A DNA stretch of 64,000 bases. Origin: Ophelia neglecta (Eukaryota). A model generated the notes under the pieces. The model saw only the letters and a list, made by a program, of their open reading frames with translations, was not told the DNA's origin and made no database searches. The position numbers were made by a program, and so were the translations under genes. Of this stretch, positions 13,357 through 27,552 are shown piece after piece; position 1 is the stretch's first letter, and each line of letters begins with the position of its first letter. The stretch covers positions 12,028,001 to 12,092,000 of the forward strand of contig OZ260664.1 of NCBI GenBank assembly GCA_965285935.1, in the 5' to 3' direction.

Positions 13357-14321
13357 CATGCTATTGTTAAAAGCATATGACAGTTACACATGTAAGTACC
13401 AATTATATGAATGGAGGTGTTTTGTTTAGTTTTAAAATCAGCATGTTTCAATAGTCGTATCATTTTGGCTTTTTGCTTTATCTGGCAGGAGATTTCATTG
13501 ATGCGTGCAGCAACGTTTTGCTGTTATTTGATTATACTGTAATTGTGCACACTGTGAACACTTAGTACACAATGTAACCATAATTGTATTTTGGCATGCA
13601 CCAAGAGATAAACCCATTAGAGCAATTAAGATGACGATGAGCTTAAATTTTATAGTCAACATAAAAAGAGTTTTTTGTTATTATTAATTATCTCAAGGTT
13701 GATCAATTGTAGGTTGTCATGTCGATAAAAACACTACCGAAAAGTTAGATTCTGTTATCCATGTTTGTTTTAATATTCTGGCTTACATACACTGGCAAGT
13801 GGTTTTATTTAGAAAACGTATGTTCGGTCATTATGTATAATTACATAAGACGCGATCTAGTTGCCAGTGATGGGTGTGAAGGCCAAGTCAAACCAGTATT
13901 CACTTATAAGTGGTTTGGGGAACCAATTAATAATTTATGGTTTGAACTTTCACCTTATCCAAATCCATCTATGTTAAAATTCAGATACATCTAGATTGAA
14001 AACAGTATTATTGAGATACTCTTCCATTAGATGCTTCCCACTATCTTTGTTATTCAGAGGTGGTGCTTTGATATTCCCTGAACATTGATTCCTCCCTGAA
14101 ATGGTGCTCTGTCTACTGATGATTGGCGAGGGAGTTGTGATTTGTGGTCGATCAGTCACCATATTCTCTCAGTTTGCTGGTTGACCTTCATGTGGTGAAT
14201 TCACTTGGGGCTACATTCCTATTCACACAAGGTCTATCACTGAACCCCGATACATTTTTCATGCTAACAAATAATCAATCATATTGCTTTTAGGTAAAAT
14301 CAATGTTCATTTACAAGAACA

Positions 14322-14438
14322 AAACGCGGGTGGTTACGCGGCAGCCATTGCTAAGAGCTCAAGCAAGAATTGTGCATTCTATTAATTCGAAATCACCAGG
14401 ACTGTCAGCTACCAACATACGTCAATTAATCCCCAGTT
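14322..14438 (+). repeat. Family R terminal fragment
   Basis: AAACGCGGGTGGTTACGCGGCAG...CAAGAAT...TTCGAAATCACCAGGA...AATCCCCAG. Confidence 0.65.
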
Positions 14439-15292
14439 ATAAAAAACGGGGGAGTGTTAAGCGTTGAAGGAAAGTGATGGCAGCAGGTGACCTACTTTAG
14501 TTCGAAAACATATTTAAATATCGTCATGATCATGATTTAAAATGATGCTTATTTATATTGGAGTTTTAGCCATCAGTCGCAAATGAATGTATATAAAATT
14601 GCAACGCACAATCTATTTATAAAGTTTCGTCTAAGAAAGGGGTTAGCCTTAACATATCTTAACTTTATATGGACATAATCAATAGCAGCTGAATGATCGA
14701 AATACATTCAAACGAAATCAAGTTGATGTAAATGATGGTATAGTTACAAAGTTCGTATTGAGGCAGTCATCATGGGAAAATAGCCGTGTCATGTAGCCAT
14801 AGGCATGTATTTAGTGTAATGCCCCTAAAGTTGTTTCCAGTCACACGGGAATCTGGGTGATAGTTCTATACCTTGTTTCTGGGCGACCATTTCTAAAAAA
14901 CACCAATTTAACAACAAAATGGACGTGAACTATAACTGTCTTGCCGCGGTGCGTATTATGGTTCACATCAGTATGGATTTGCTTGCCAACTATAAAAGGG
15001 TGTAATGAGATATAATATAAAACCCATAAGACGCTGTGCTTGCCATACTTAAGTCTGCTCACAATGACGTAGACGGCAAAATAGGCGTATAATGGAACAA
15101 AAGGCTGTCACAAACACGTTGCCATCCCCTCAAATCATCTTACTGGGCGGGATCTTTTGTGACTCGTGCCTAGCTCCTTCAATTAATGGATACAATCAAT
15201 TATGTTTTCTAATCGACAAATAACATAATATAATAGAAACCCATTCGCAGTGATATCATAATACAAACTTCCAACATATACAACAATTACCA

Positions 15293-15512
15293 ACCCCCAG
15301 ACTGTAAATAAAATAGTAATGCAGTTAAAAAGTAAAAGCATCAAATTGATATCAATGGCACTAAGAAGTAGTAAATAGTTTTTTGATGCGAGTCAGAGCA
15401 TACACAAACGAGTATGTGGTCAACCTAGAACACAGATGAAATATGTCCAAGGAGAGTCTATGGTAGTCTAAGTAGTATCATAAATAAGATGGATATATCC
15501 AGCTTAATTTTG
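15293..15512 (+). repeat. Family R fragment
   Basis: AAAATAGTAA...AGAAGTAGTAAATAGTTTT...GATGCGAGTCAGAGCATACACAAACGAGT...GATGAAATATGTCC aligns with 29095-29300. Confidence 0.75.
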
Positions 15513-18159
15513 GAAATATTAATCACCTTTATGAAGCCATAAACCTGTCGTTTAAGTCAAATCCCACTTTGAACTAGTGAGTGAAGTATTCTAGACAACC
15601 AGGAGTTCCAACAAAACATGTTCACATCTGCATCTTTTACATTTTTATTTTCCCTACAACAACTTCAATGAACTTATTGTCTCTGGGTTTTATTCATTAT
15701 GCCACCTGGGTTCGCCAATTCTGAATAAAATGTCTTGATATTTCTATTGCGTGATGCACCTGCAGCCTGTTTCGCGTCATCGTTAGGCTTACCCTAAAGG
15801 CAAACGATATTTGTTTTAGTGGAGTACCCACAATACTACGCTTGATGATATAGTATAATAATGTATAAATCAAACGCTCTGCTAACGAAGCTATTAGTTC
15901 GTACATCACTAAATATGAATGTTGGCATTTTAATGATACAGACGATGTGTCAATCGTGTTTGTGCAAAAATCGCAGTGACAAAAATTTAAATAAGGATAG
16001 AATCTGCTAATATACCTAACCGACGATATCATGCTTTAACTGCACCCCATCGTTCACTCAGTAGTATACTGGATGCGATAAGACAGTCAACTAGAGATAC
16101 GGGTGTGCTATCACTCCCCTGCAGCTGTGGCTTCTCACCCTCACCGGTATATTAGCCTATACGTCACCGTCGCAATATCGAAAAATCACATTTAAAGATA
16201 CGTGTATATCAACTATGTATATACCCCACATGTTAAGAAACATCCAATTTAAGGCCGAGGGGCGTGTTTATATCCCTTCAGATAACCGACGTTACACACA
16301 CACACGCTAGATGAATTACAATTGTCAACAACGAGAAGTCAATGACACTCATTCTGATAAGACGCGCACTAATTTCTCTTTTATTCAGAACAAAAACAGT
16401 GGCACATGTAAACCAATGCGTTTAATTGAAAAGCTTGCTGACACCTGCACCTGCAGCATTTACAAATCTTATTGCCCTTTCTAATCATTTTCGAGACGTT
16501 ACAAGCGCCAAATTTCAAACGTATTTCTCCGCCATTCTATTAATACATTTGTTTCCTCCGTTTATTCTGTGTTGCTTGATCTTTATCGTCAAATGCCTGC
16601 AATGGGTTCAAGCTTTACAAGGTATAATAAAAGGTTACGATATATATCGAAAGTGTTGCGGAGACATAGATGTCCAGTGATAAACGTATTCATACAAAGA
16701 TAATTTACGCAAGAATGTTTTGTGTCAGAAAGCAAGAAAAATGTGTAGGAAGGTTGAATTAGAGTCTAGAGTCATGCCATGCCTTATTTAGACGATCGTA
16801 TAGCCAATCAAGACATTCATGTGTCTAATTAGCCCGTGTCATTCATTGTAATTCGAAAATAATGGGACCAGGAGAGTGATACCGGGATCGGGAGGTTGAC
16901 AAAGCCTGTCGTGTGATCGGAGAAGACCAATTATCCTTCACAATTCAAGAACTTGCAGCTGCAACAATACGCCTGAAACTAAAAGAAAATTTTAACACGT
17001 TGGGGAATGGTAATTATATTTGGCTAACTATCAGCCTTAATTCTGTTTGATATAAAGTGTCATAATATTAGTGCACATGCAATAGTGGTCACTGGACCTA
17101 GGACACGCTCGATCGACGGTGGATAATCAGAAAGATTTCAGGTAACGCCAAGCATTTAAGTTATACTTGTGTATAGTGAGTATTCCGCAGTGGTACCCAG
17201 AAGCTTTTACTCAAGCCTCATAGATATATCACCCTGTCCGAAAGTGTGACACATAAATTATTTTGCTATTATTCAACTTATTCGAGGAACCACATATCAT
17301 TTAAAAACCATAAAATATTCTCTCTGCTTCATTGATATGGTATGATGAACTGATTAATGAAAGCAAACGAGATTTTGAGGCATAGATAGGCTTCTTCCGG
17401 TCGTGGTATTGATTAATTTCCCAGGCAAGAAGACATGTGTGACTATCTAAACAGCTTGTCACCTAGCCAGCGGAAGAAATAAAAATGTTTGTGCTAAGTT
17501 CTTTGTCACATGTACGCCCCCAGGGAGTTGAAAAGAGTTAACAATCAACAAGAGATATACAGCGTCGAGTAGGTAAGCCTTTCACGAAAAAATATGTTAT
17601 AGGTTGCTTTTGGAAAACATATTTGCCATGCGTAATTTTTTCACGCTCACCTGACTTTGATATTTATCTGTTTACAATAATGTGTACTGAACCTTTTTTC
17701 GGAGGTTTTGGTATGAAATTGACAGTAACACTTTGGGCATTTCTTGCGTAATTATATGGTAGTATCTGTTAAAAACAGGTGCCATGTGTTGTGTAGGTTC
17801 AAACAAGTGTATTTGTACTTGATATATCCGATTTAGCTTCAATATGATAATGGGGTCACAAGTCTAAATTTTATCCAAAAACAAATTTACAAATTATGTA
17901 TTTAGCATAGAAATATAATCTATGTCAAAGAACAGTGAATATCACAGCTTGTTAATATCAGGAATTATAGCACTGTTTACCCAGTGACACAATATACAGC
18001 TTCGTCAATTAGTTATGCAGTTGACAGTAACATTATAGAGAACATATTGATGTTATGTAATGTATGCATCTTCATTAGCTTGAGTAGTAATCTCATGCAA
18101 TCTGAATTGAATTATCTACATAATCATAGTTGCAGGCTGTATAAGTTCTAGAGGGTCTT

Positions 18160-18432
18160 ACATGTTTAATCTTTGTCCTACGTGGATCTCGAACTCGTTT
18201 ATTTTGTGCCATAGCTCGCATCATAGAGTGCTGTTCAATACTTCCCATTGCGAGTGATATCAATTGCATTTATATATTTCTTATTTCATTACAAGTTTGT
18301 TAATGTCAGGGATATGAGGATTGGTGTCTGTGGGCCGGCAGCTGGTGGTCCCTGAAGATTTCGCCTCGATGTATTGAACTATTCTTAAATGATGAGTTCG
18401 CTTTGTCTCCCGAGTCATAACTTCCTTTCTCC
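18160..18432 (-). repeat. Family R copy
   Basis: GAACTCGTTTATTTTGTG...GCTCGCATCATAG...GTGGGCCGGCAGCTGGTGGTCCCTG...ACTATTCTT...TTCGCTTTGTCT. Confidence 0.7.
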
Positions 18433-19802
18433 AAGTCGATTTTTTTCTCCCTATACACTTTTCTGAGAAGCACACAGAGACCTTTGTTTTCTCTCAATTT
18501 ATCGGTTGACTTCTGCGCAGAATATGCCTTCACCCGAGGTATGATAAAGTTTAACGTGACATACAGAAAGATGATTTATTACCAACCCTTACAATTGATA
18601 AGAACACCCAGACAGATTTAGCTTGCAAAAGATGCCAGCCTTTAGCAGTGCACGCACGGGCCTGGGTAACAGCTGCTGCCTATTTAATGCAGTTCCCATG
18701 GGGTGCAGCTGACTTGTGCGTGAAGACAGGAGGGGGGGGGGGTTACCGTGTCTGTGTCTCCTAAGCAGTATTAAGTAATATTTTCTTCAAGGTGTCACCG
18801 ATTATTGTATAAAGGGAGATGAAAGTTATTATATTGTCACTTATGAAGGTTGTCCGACACAAACATCGCCTGCTCGTTCAGACCTGCGTTCCCAAATATT
18901 TTTGCAGTTAACTTTTTAATATATTAGGTACTTGGGATTGATGTTTTTGGGCTTGCATCCGACGGGTTCTTATGCATTCGGGCCATTTGAATGAATTATG
19001 CGTGTTTACTGATTATTCTTTTTCCGCGGGCTATTCACTCCCGTTGTTCTATCGTATTAAAATAAAGAATCTCTACAACAGCAATTTGATATCATTATGA
19101 AGACGAATGTGTTTCTTTCTATGTAATATTGAACTAGACTATTCAGTAGTAAGTTTTGATAAGTCCTATGTAGCGAAAAAGACGCTTTTCACTATAGTAA
19201 CAAAAGTTCGTAATTATCCGTTTCATGTATATCTCAAAACGGAACTCCATAATCCCTCAGGCGTTCGATGACGGACCTGAGACTTGATGGAGGGTGATTT
19301 GTGAAGTAATCAATGAGATAATCTCGCTTTTCCGTCATCTTCTGTGAGAAAACGGCATTTACTGGGAAATATCAGCCCCAGGTGAACGATATATTTTTCT
19401 CTGAATGAGCTCAATCTCGGACATCTACGTCAACGATGAAATAGTAGAAACTAAAGGCTGTCTATATATTGTAGCCGAATTACCTAATATTACTAGGCTC
19501 CCCTTTCTTTTGCCATGGTTCAATTAAACTAAAACAGAAAAAGGCTCTCTATCATTGACGATTGTAATCAATTGTGTTTTACCCGATTTAGTTTGGAGCT
19601 TTCCTTGTGAATAACCCCAAAACATCGGGACTGGGCACTTAAAAGTGTTCATCTCCGAGACGTTCCGTTTCTGTCCCTTTTCACTTCTTGCGTTGGCCAA
19701 ATTGACTTTTGATTTTAAACTAAAGCTGATACTTACCTCACAACACAAATTTTGAATGTGATCAAACTGCTTTCTTTCCATCCCTGTGGTACAAAAGAAT
19801 GC

Positions 19803-19825
19803 GGGGGGGGGGGGGGGGGAGGGGG
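19803..19825 (+). repeat. Poly-G tract (potential G-quadruplex)
   Basis: Long G run interrupted by a single A; similar G tracts at ~18732-18742 and ~54607-54620. Confidence 0.7.
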
Positions 19826-21738
19826 TAATACCCGGCACACCATGCCTAATATATGACAGTTGGCACCCCGGGCAAAGTCGTAGCTTCAACATGCTTAGTG
19901 ATGCTCGTCTGATTATCAGCGCTAAGATCTTCATGGTTTGATCTCCTGAATGCATTTTTACAAATAAAAAATAAAAGGGAAATTATATATCTTACTTAAT
20001 TTCGATTAAACCCAGTAACAAGGTATTTTGAATTGAATTGAAATTATTTTAATTTGGACGGTAGCTTATAGCCTAGGCCGTGGTCACTGGCCGCCAGTTT
20101 CGACAAGGAAGTACAATGAACTCAATATATATACATATAACATTTGTAAGATACGCGTTGATTAGGCTTAAGTTTGCACATTTAGAAAATATGTTCATGT
20201 TTGACGATTACGTACATAGCAGTTTATAGAACCACACTCTACAGTATACTGTCCTATGAGTAAGTCCTTATAATTAATAGTTTCTGTTAGTGGATCCCTA
20301 AATGTATACAAGATTAAATTGGTTGCTGTAAGTAGTGTGTGCCAAAGACACTGTTTGATGTAGTTAGTCCTGACTGGATTTCTTTTGATAACCTCCCTAA
20401 TTCTGGTATCATAAACACGTGCACCACTATCAGTCAGCTGCACTGAAAGTTTTACAAAGGCCGGACATTTGTTTCTGATCAGAGAGAGAGAGAGATATTT
20501 TTATGGAATGATAGGTGAAATGATAGGTAAGATTTGACAATTTCCTTTCTTTAGGAAAAATATGAATGACATTGACGTAAAGTTTGTAGTTTCAAATGGA
20601 ACATGGGGACTCGATGTTTATTATGTCTTATTACATCTTGCAACAGTCATGTTTAATTAATAACATGAATTATGGTAATTTCTCTACAACATTCAACAAA
20701 TATGGGCTCCCCTTAGTAGTAAATGAATGCTTATATATAAGAATTGCACATTTCCTTTATCAGAACAATTGATGTCTTGCAGGAAAAGTAATAGATTTCG
20801 AAAGTCTAAGACGAATAGCAAGGGGCTTTTCAACACGGTAAAAATCGTCGGGGGATAAAAGGTGACGTCAACCAAAATAGATTGTCTTGCTAAAGTGGTG
20901 TTCTTATTATATCCATGAAATATAGGTGAATTCCATTAGAATACTCTCATCTTCTTTTAGTTTGGCTTCCACTTTTTTTGAAAAATTAATAATTGCCTTC
21001 GTGAGTTGAATTTATCACTACATACAAGGAGTTTTATTTCAAAAATTTCAACGTAACATGGTTATCAATATATTTCAGACTTTTCCATTCCAAATACATA
21101 GATTCGTTACATCAACATTAGCTACTTTTTAGACTGATCCAATTCAATGTTTTTGATCAATGATTGTGTTTGTGCTCCCGCTACCCACTGTTCGTTATAT
21201 GCGATGGCGCATTTATCGTGTTTGTTCTGTAATCTGGGACGGTTTATCGTGATAACGTTCTACCCACACACTACATATAGGCTACGACAAGTATAACCAT
21301 TAATCACAAATTCGAGACTAAATAAATGTCATTTCCTCTGGGCCCAGACAGTTTTAACACAGATGACTTGCAACGTGTAGTTAAACTTCGACAATGAAGA
21401 CCACAGCTAATGGGCATGTGGTGTTAAGTGTGTCTGTGTCAGCTGTCATTGCAGTGTAATACCTACTGGATACAATGGTTAAAACCTAGATCAAACAGCA
21501 GACAAAATCTGGGGCTTAGTGGAATCATTTAACACATGCCAGATTTATTTGTTCATTGTATATGTTGCTTGCCGACAATTTACAAAGGGGACAGCTCTCA
21601 TGCGATAAAAGTGGTATTCTTTCCTTTTCTTCTTTGAGTCTGGACATATTAACAGTAACCCTTACTTACATTCGTTTACTCAATCAATAACCTAATAATG
21701 AACCTTGGCCATGAAGTGAAGCGCTTTTCTATTCACAA

Positions 21739-21997
21739 GAGGCAAGGTTATGACGGTTTTGTGTTCACGGCGTAAGCGAAAGCTTCGGCGACAGCAGCAT
21801 TGGTGACACAATAATCTAAAATATCAGTTATTTTATAACCCAACCCTTACCCAGACATCTCAATTTTTGTTTTTGATATAAATGGGTAAGGGAAGGGTTA
21901 TTATTGCGTTCATATTAGCTCAATTTAAGAGGCCATGCGGCTTTCGCCGAAGCTTTCGCTTCCGCCGGTAACACAAAGCCAGTTATAACCCTGTCTC
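21739..21997. mobile_element. Fold-back (long inverted repeat) MITE-like element with nested inner inverted repeat
   Basis: ~65-bp arms at 21739-21803 and 21933-21997 include a perfect 18-bp inverted match (AAGCGAAAGCTTCGGCGA 21774-21791 vs 21944-21961). Inner inverted repeat 21835-21853 vs 21883-21901 matches 17/19. Confidence 0.8.
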
Positions 21998-24900
21998 TCA
22001 TTTTCACAGTATCCTGCTGATACTGTCCGGCTTTCCTTTATGAAATAGTTTGTTGGGTGTTAGGTGTTATCTCGGAATAAGTGTTTGTTTGTCAGCATAG
22101 TGTATCTTGGTAACACATAAAAATGTTACCTATCATGTTGATCAGGCCATTTGGGTTCAAAGGAATCCAATAGTCACATGGGTTCCTTGTAGAAAGTGAG
22201 CGGAGGTCAAATGTGGCCCACAACTATATCAAAGCCTGCTTTAGTGTTTTTTCATGCACAACGAAGCCGAACACCAAAACATCGATAGATAAGTATCCAG
22301 CTCTACAGCAGTAAATAAACATGTGCGACGAAATGCAAATCCTTGGTCTCTAATTGGCAAAGGCTTGGCAGGATCAGCAGGAAATACTCCTGACGAGCAG
22401 TGTAAAAGGCCGGTTTTTGCAAAGGTGTCTTTGTGTCATGATGACAATTTTTTAACTGAAGTCTTGTTATTGAATAGGTTCACTTGGAAAACGTCTTCTT
22501 TGGTGTTCCCATGATTCATACTTGCTACTTGAAGCTAACACAGATGGACTTTTTCAGACGAGGTGGACATAAACCTTTGCTTTCATCATTAATGCCTTGA
22601 ATTAACTTCAAGTGTCGCCATTAAAAGTGGCTTGGACAGTGCCTTTAGTTTATTTATGGTATCTCTGATGACGACGTGCTCCATCATGTTATTTGTCAGT
22701 GTTTCCCCTTTCTGAAAGGTTTCCATAAACTGGTAGGCTGAGTAAATCGAGTTACCTAGTCATCGAGTCCTCACCATGTGGCTGCTTCTTTGCCCTTTTC
22801 AATTCTTTTTTTGGCAACAAATAACACTTGCTTGATCTCACATTCCAACATTACTGACACTTTTACATCTGGATTGACCGTCGTGTCAATGTAGTGTGTG
22901 ACCCGAGCCATTAATAGTACCAGTCTAACAGAGTCAAAAGAATCTCAGGCCTCTGATAGCCATCCGGTCAATTAGTGCATTCAGTGTTACTAGCCGAGCC
23001 GGAAGGACGTGTAATAAACTTTTCACCACTTCGTGGGCGTGCTGGTTCTTATCGTTATTTCTTGATAACATAGGATACTTGGTTACCACACCCTCAGCTT
23101 TATTGTCACATAACACAGCTGTACTATCGGCACCACATCAATTATCCAATGAATATCTCAATCTCAGGGTTCTTTTTCTCAGTGCATTCAACCATTAACC
23201 AGATGCAACGCCTGCTTCCGAGCAATGTTCAAAAGGATGTTCACAGTCGGTTTTATTACATTATTTCAACCTATTTCCTAAAAAGTGCTATATATTTCGG
23301 TACTAGCAATTATGCTGCAGAGGAAATGATGAATTTAATGAACTTGTTTTGATGACTCATTTTGTTTTTTTCTGCCGAGCATTCAATTAAATAGTTGTCG
23401 TTTGCAAAAAGCCCCCCTCAAAGAAGAAACAGACAAAAGAACAGTGAACGAGTAGCCAAGCGTTACCATTCACGTCATCAAAACGCCCGTTTTCCCGGCT
23501 GCTCCATATCTTAATAACACATCGCCTTGCGATTTGTTATATAACAAGGCGGAATATACTGTATGAATGAAATAGTCGCCAACTGTGCGTCTCACACCCC
23601 TGTGGATTGTGCTCAACCTGTACTCTATTCCAAACAACACAGTTCTGAAGAAAGTACAATGGTTTAAAAATCAATCTACTGGTGGTATCAAACAAGACAT
23701 GGTATACCGAAGACAGAGAATTGTGAAGAAACAAAATTGGTCACAGCATGTCAGATGTGCTGCAATATATTTCCGAGTACTTGTCCACATAATGTTCAAA
23801 GCATCCATTTATGTTAGATTCCCTCCTATTGCCAGACCAGTACCTGATATAGTGATTTATTTTGGGGTCGAGGATTGGTGTGGAATCAAGGCAGGTAAAA
23901 TAAATATATCAATCAAGGATATTCCATTCCATAATCCTTGACAATCAAAAATATTACCGGGTACATTACGAAATAGAAAAATTGAGACTAATCATTGAGA
24001 GGGTGGAGTTCACACTACATCTAGTTTGAACTCGATACATGAATATACAATGTAGCCGTATGCTGCAGGATGTATCCTATAGAAACAGTTCGGTTTCTAA
24101 AGTAAGCAACAGGTCTTAAAGAAACCGAACCAAGTAAAACAAATGAATAATAGTTTTTAATGGAAGTGGGCAACTAAGAAACCGACTTTGTACATCACGT
24201 GTATTTTTACCCGTACTAAACAGAGCAATGCACAACTGAACCAAGAGAACGTGTGGGGGAAGCCACAAGCCTGCCATGTTGTTAGTGCGATTCGCACTGC
24301 ATTTCACTACTATTATCCCTTTTATGTGTGAACAACTGTGTTTGATGGGAGTGGTGAATTCTGTAGACGTCTATTCACACCTGGATACCGCGAGGTAATG
24401 AAACCCCTACCTTCCTCAAGTCCATTGGTACCTAATTGGTGCAATAAATGGCCGTATTTCTTAAAATAGGTTACCGATAATGGTTTTGGGCGGCCATAAT
24501 GGCACCTGATTGGTTTCTAATTGGTCTATTATTCGACAAATTACTACTAATTGTTCCGCAAATAGCTTAAGTGCACTAGACACTGGGATAGTAAGAACGA
24601 GATTATTTATCCCATGTCTCCCTGTCATAACCAAGGGCAATAAATCCTTTATTGATATGTCTCCACGATTAGTCAATGTAGGAAAAAAATGACATGGGAT
24701 ACAATTTGCCCCCATTAAATGCAAATTTGCTACGCCTGTCATGATGCAAATCAGAAATAACATAAACGTTCAGGAGATAGACTGCTAAGTGTTGTATTCG
24801 TATAGAGAGGGGATTTCATCTTTCAGTGATCATAGTCCCTTAGGATTAACCTAAGTAATTTGGAACTTAATCTTAGTAATTCAAGTAAAGTATGTTGATT

Positions 24901-26754
24901 ATCCATGTTTATTAGACAAGATAGTAGTTGAGGCCGTTGATGAGGTTAAAACTTCCATTTTCTTGGTATCAATTTAATAGTCATAGATATAAAATTTGGT
25001 TAACATGAATGGAAAATAGCACGTGTTCCTACAAACGGGCCGATTGATGGGTCGTTCTCACGATTTCTTTTTACCCTATAACAACTCAGGATAAATAAAT
25101 GCGTTGAACCTAACCAAATAAGCCGAGTATAACTAATGGTTTGTGATCTAACAAATCTGAGGCCATTTGTCGCTATGTTATTCACGGTTATATGTTATTG
25201 ATGATATAACCGTTAAGTAACTAGTGCTTCATTGTGCAGGTGTTGTGGTTAAACTCAATGTACAACAAGCAAAACGCCAACTTGAGACGAGCGCAATTAT
25301 ACTAAATCCATTGAAAAACAGAAGTAAATTATTTGGAGAATTATGTGGTCAGAGGTTTCTGTACCCAACTAATAAGCCTAAAATAGTGTGCTGCATCCGT
25401 CCCAACCTATTAACATTCCAGTAATGTAATTTACAACCGGTTCTTTGCGTACTCACCCTATATTCCCCTGAAGGCCAGTGATGCTTTCGTGGGACCTTGT
25501 TCCCAATTAATGGGCTGTCTACACAGGTTTATGTTCGACTTTGTTAACTGACGCGTTCGAATGTAAACAAACTAACATCCAAGCTAGAGGACCAAAGTAA
25601 TCGATAACCCTGTCATCTATCACAGTCGTAGTCATAATTTTAGGACCTGATCACGCACATTATATAAAAACAGGCAGGCAAACTGCCTTCGCTAAATCAA
25701 CTAACACAAACCATATAGCGATACCTGCTGGTAGTTTGAGAGCCAAACGGCTGCCTAGGCACCTTATCCCGATTTGCTTTAACTACACGAATCATATATT
25801 GTTGCAAACTGTGTTGAAAAGACAACGCTGATTTATACTAGTATTTGGATAACGGAATGCATATCCTCAATATATAATTTTGATGATTTAACTTGTTTGT
25901 CGCACATGTATTTCGCGACCATGAATATATTCAACAGGTGCAACAGACAGGAGACTAAAATAGAAATGCTAAGTATCGATGAAGCCATAAAGTGCTAACA
26001 ATAAATGCAGAAAATGCAGAAAGTAAAAGCATCGGGATGGTAAATTGTTAGAATTATAAAATTTAAGTGTTACATTATATCTAAACGACGTCTCAAATTA
26101 CCTCTGCACTGAGCAATTTGACACGTGGTCTTCTCCTAGCTATCTCTTATGAGTGGTTGTCTTTATCCCGACAAAATCTGCGTTTTAACCAGCAATGAGT
26201 ACAAGCATATCAACTTGCACTATTTAAAGAGTGTGTATTAGTTTTTTTTGGCCATGTTGTTCCGGAAACTTGACGCCCAGTCGTGTGTCCATTATCCAAA
26301 CACTATCCTGTCTCGGAAACTTATTTACCAACAGGATTTCTTATACGTTTAATGTACGACTTAGACCTTTGCGTGGCTTGTCGTTTTAAATCACTTTCGC
26401 TCATGATTGTGTTATTCTATATTGTACAGGTCTGGAAAAGAACAGTGGCACACCATGATATATTCGTGTAAAAAAGGATTGTGATTGCTTCAATTCATAT
26501 GTAACCATATGCAACACGTGCGTTGAAACAGAAGTATGGCGTAGGTGGTCATAAATAGTACTTACCATGTGTGTATAGTAGTGTATACAAGAATACTGGT
26601 ACGGCGTAGGAACGTTTCAAGGTGAGTTGAAAAACAAATCATTGTTACCACTATGGTAACGTTTCTCATTATAATTAATAGATTCTTTTTTCGAATGTGT
26701 GTTTCGTTGCAAGTTTATTTACTTTTTGGGAGTTTCGAATTGATTCATTGAATT

Positions 26755-26853
26755 TTGTGGGCCAGTGGCTGCTAGTTAATGATAGTTTTGGACGTTTTGT
26801 ATTGAGTATCCCTAAATTATGGTGTTGCCCTTTCTGCCCGGTATCCACTCTTG
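26755..26853 (-). repeat. Family R terminal fragment
   Basis: TGTGGGCCAGTGGCTG...TTTCTGCCCGGTATCCACTC. Confidence 0.6.
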
Positions 26854-26986
26854 TTAATTTTGACAATAAGTTGACACATACGATATTATACCCGGATGAA
26901 CAGATGCGCTTGGATCCTATTCCTAGAATGAGTAAATGAGTAGTATAGATCAATCAAAGGTATGGCAGTCTATGTAGGTGACCATA

Positions 26987-27260
26987 GCCACCAAAGCGTG
27001 GCCGAGTGGTTAGGGCGTCCGTAAAAATAGGTACTGATAGCTCCCCTGCCAGGCGCCCGGTATCAGGGGTGGTATCAGGACTGGTCAACCAGGTGTCAGT
27101 ATAATGTGACTGGGTGGGGTTCTCTGTCTGGTGTCTACGACAGGTACTCCAGTGAGGCAGCACTCTAAAGAGGGCATTGAGCCCACTGTCACAAGTAGGC
27201 ACTGTGGCGATATGACCGATAAGTGTTGAAAGCCACGTAAAACCCCAAACAACAACAACC
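26987..27260 (+). mobile_element. tRNA-derived SINE with V-domain-like core (V-SINE/RUDI-like); B-box region missing
   Basis: A-box head GTGGCCGAGTGGTTAGGGCGTC. Core AAAAATAGGTACTGATAGCTCCCCTGCCAGGCGC resembles the V-SINE domain as I recall it. Tail GATATGACCGATAAGTGTTGAAAGCCACGTAAAACC ends in (CAA)n. Confidence 0.8.
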
Positions 27261-27327
27261 TATGGTTTTTGGCCGATTTAACAGACTATTCGGAAATAAT
27301 GTTTTTTCTTCTGCCGGGTACCCACTT
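27260..27327 (-). repeat. Family R terminal fragment abutting the SINE tail
   Basis: CCGATTTAACAGACTATTC...TCTGCCGGGTACCCACTT. Confidence 0.6.
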
Positions 27328-27389
27328 CATGAATAGATTAATCAAAGTCATTGTAGTCTTATACTGCGTAGGTGTTGAAACAGTTGTCT

Positions 27390-27552
27390 CAGTGAAACCT
27401 GCCTTAAAGACCACCTATCAATTCAGACCACTTGTGTGAAAACCCTTTAGTATACATTTAATGTTAAATAACCTGTCTAATTAGACCACTTCTATAACGA
27501 GACGACACTTTGCCAGTCCCTTGGGTGGTCTTAATTCACAGGTCTCACAGTA
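27390..27552 (+). mobile_element. MITE family M copy 2
   Basis: CAGTGAAACCTGCCTTAAAGACCACC ... GGTGGTCTTAATTCACAGGTCTCACAGTA; collinear with 33575-33756 but lacks one internal GACCAC unit. Confidence 0.85.

Noticed and set aside
25184-25213. Perfect 10-bp hairpin ACGGTTATAT / ATATAACCGT
   Set aside because: Isolated, with no flanking element structure; it could be chance or an unclassifiable remnant.
26998-27025. tRNA gene
   Set aside because: Only the A-box/D-arm portion is present, with no T arm or acceptor stem; it is a SINE head.
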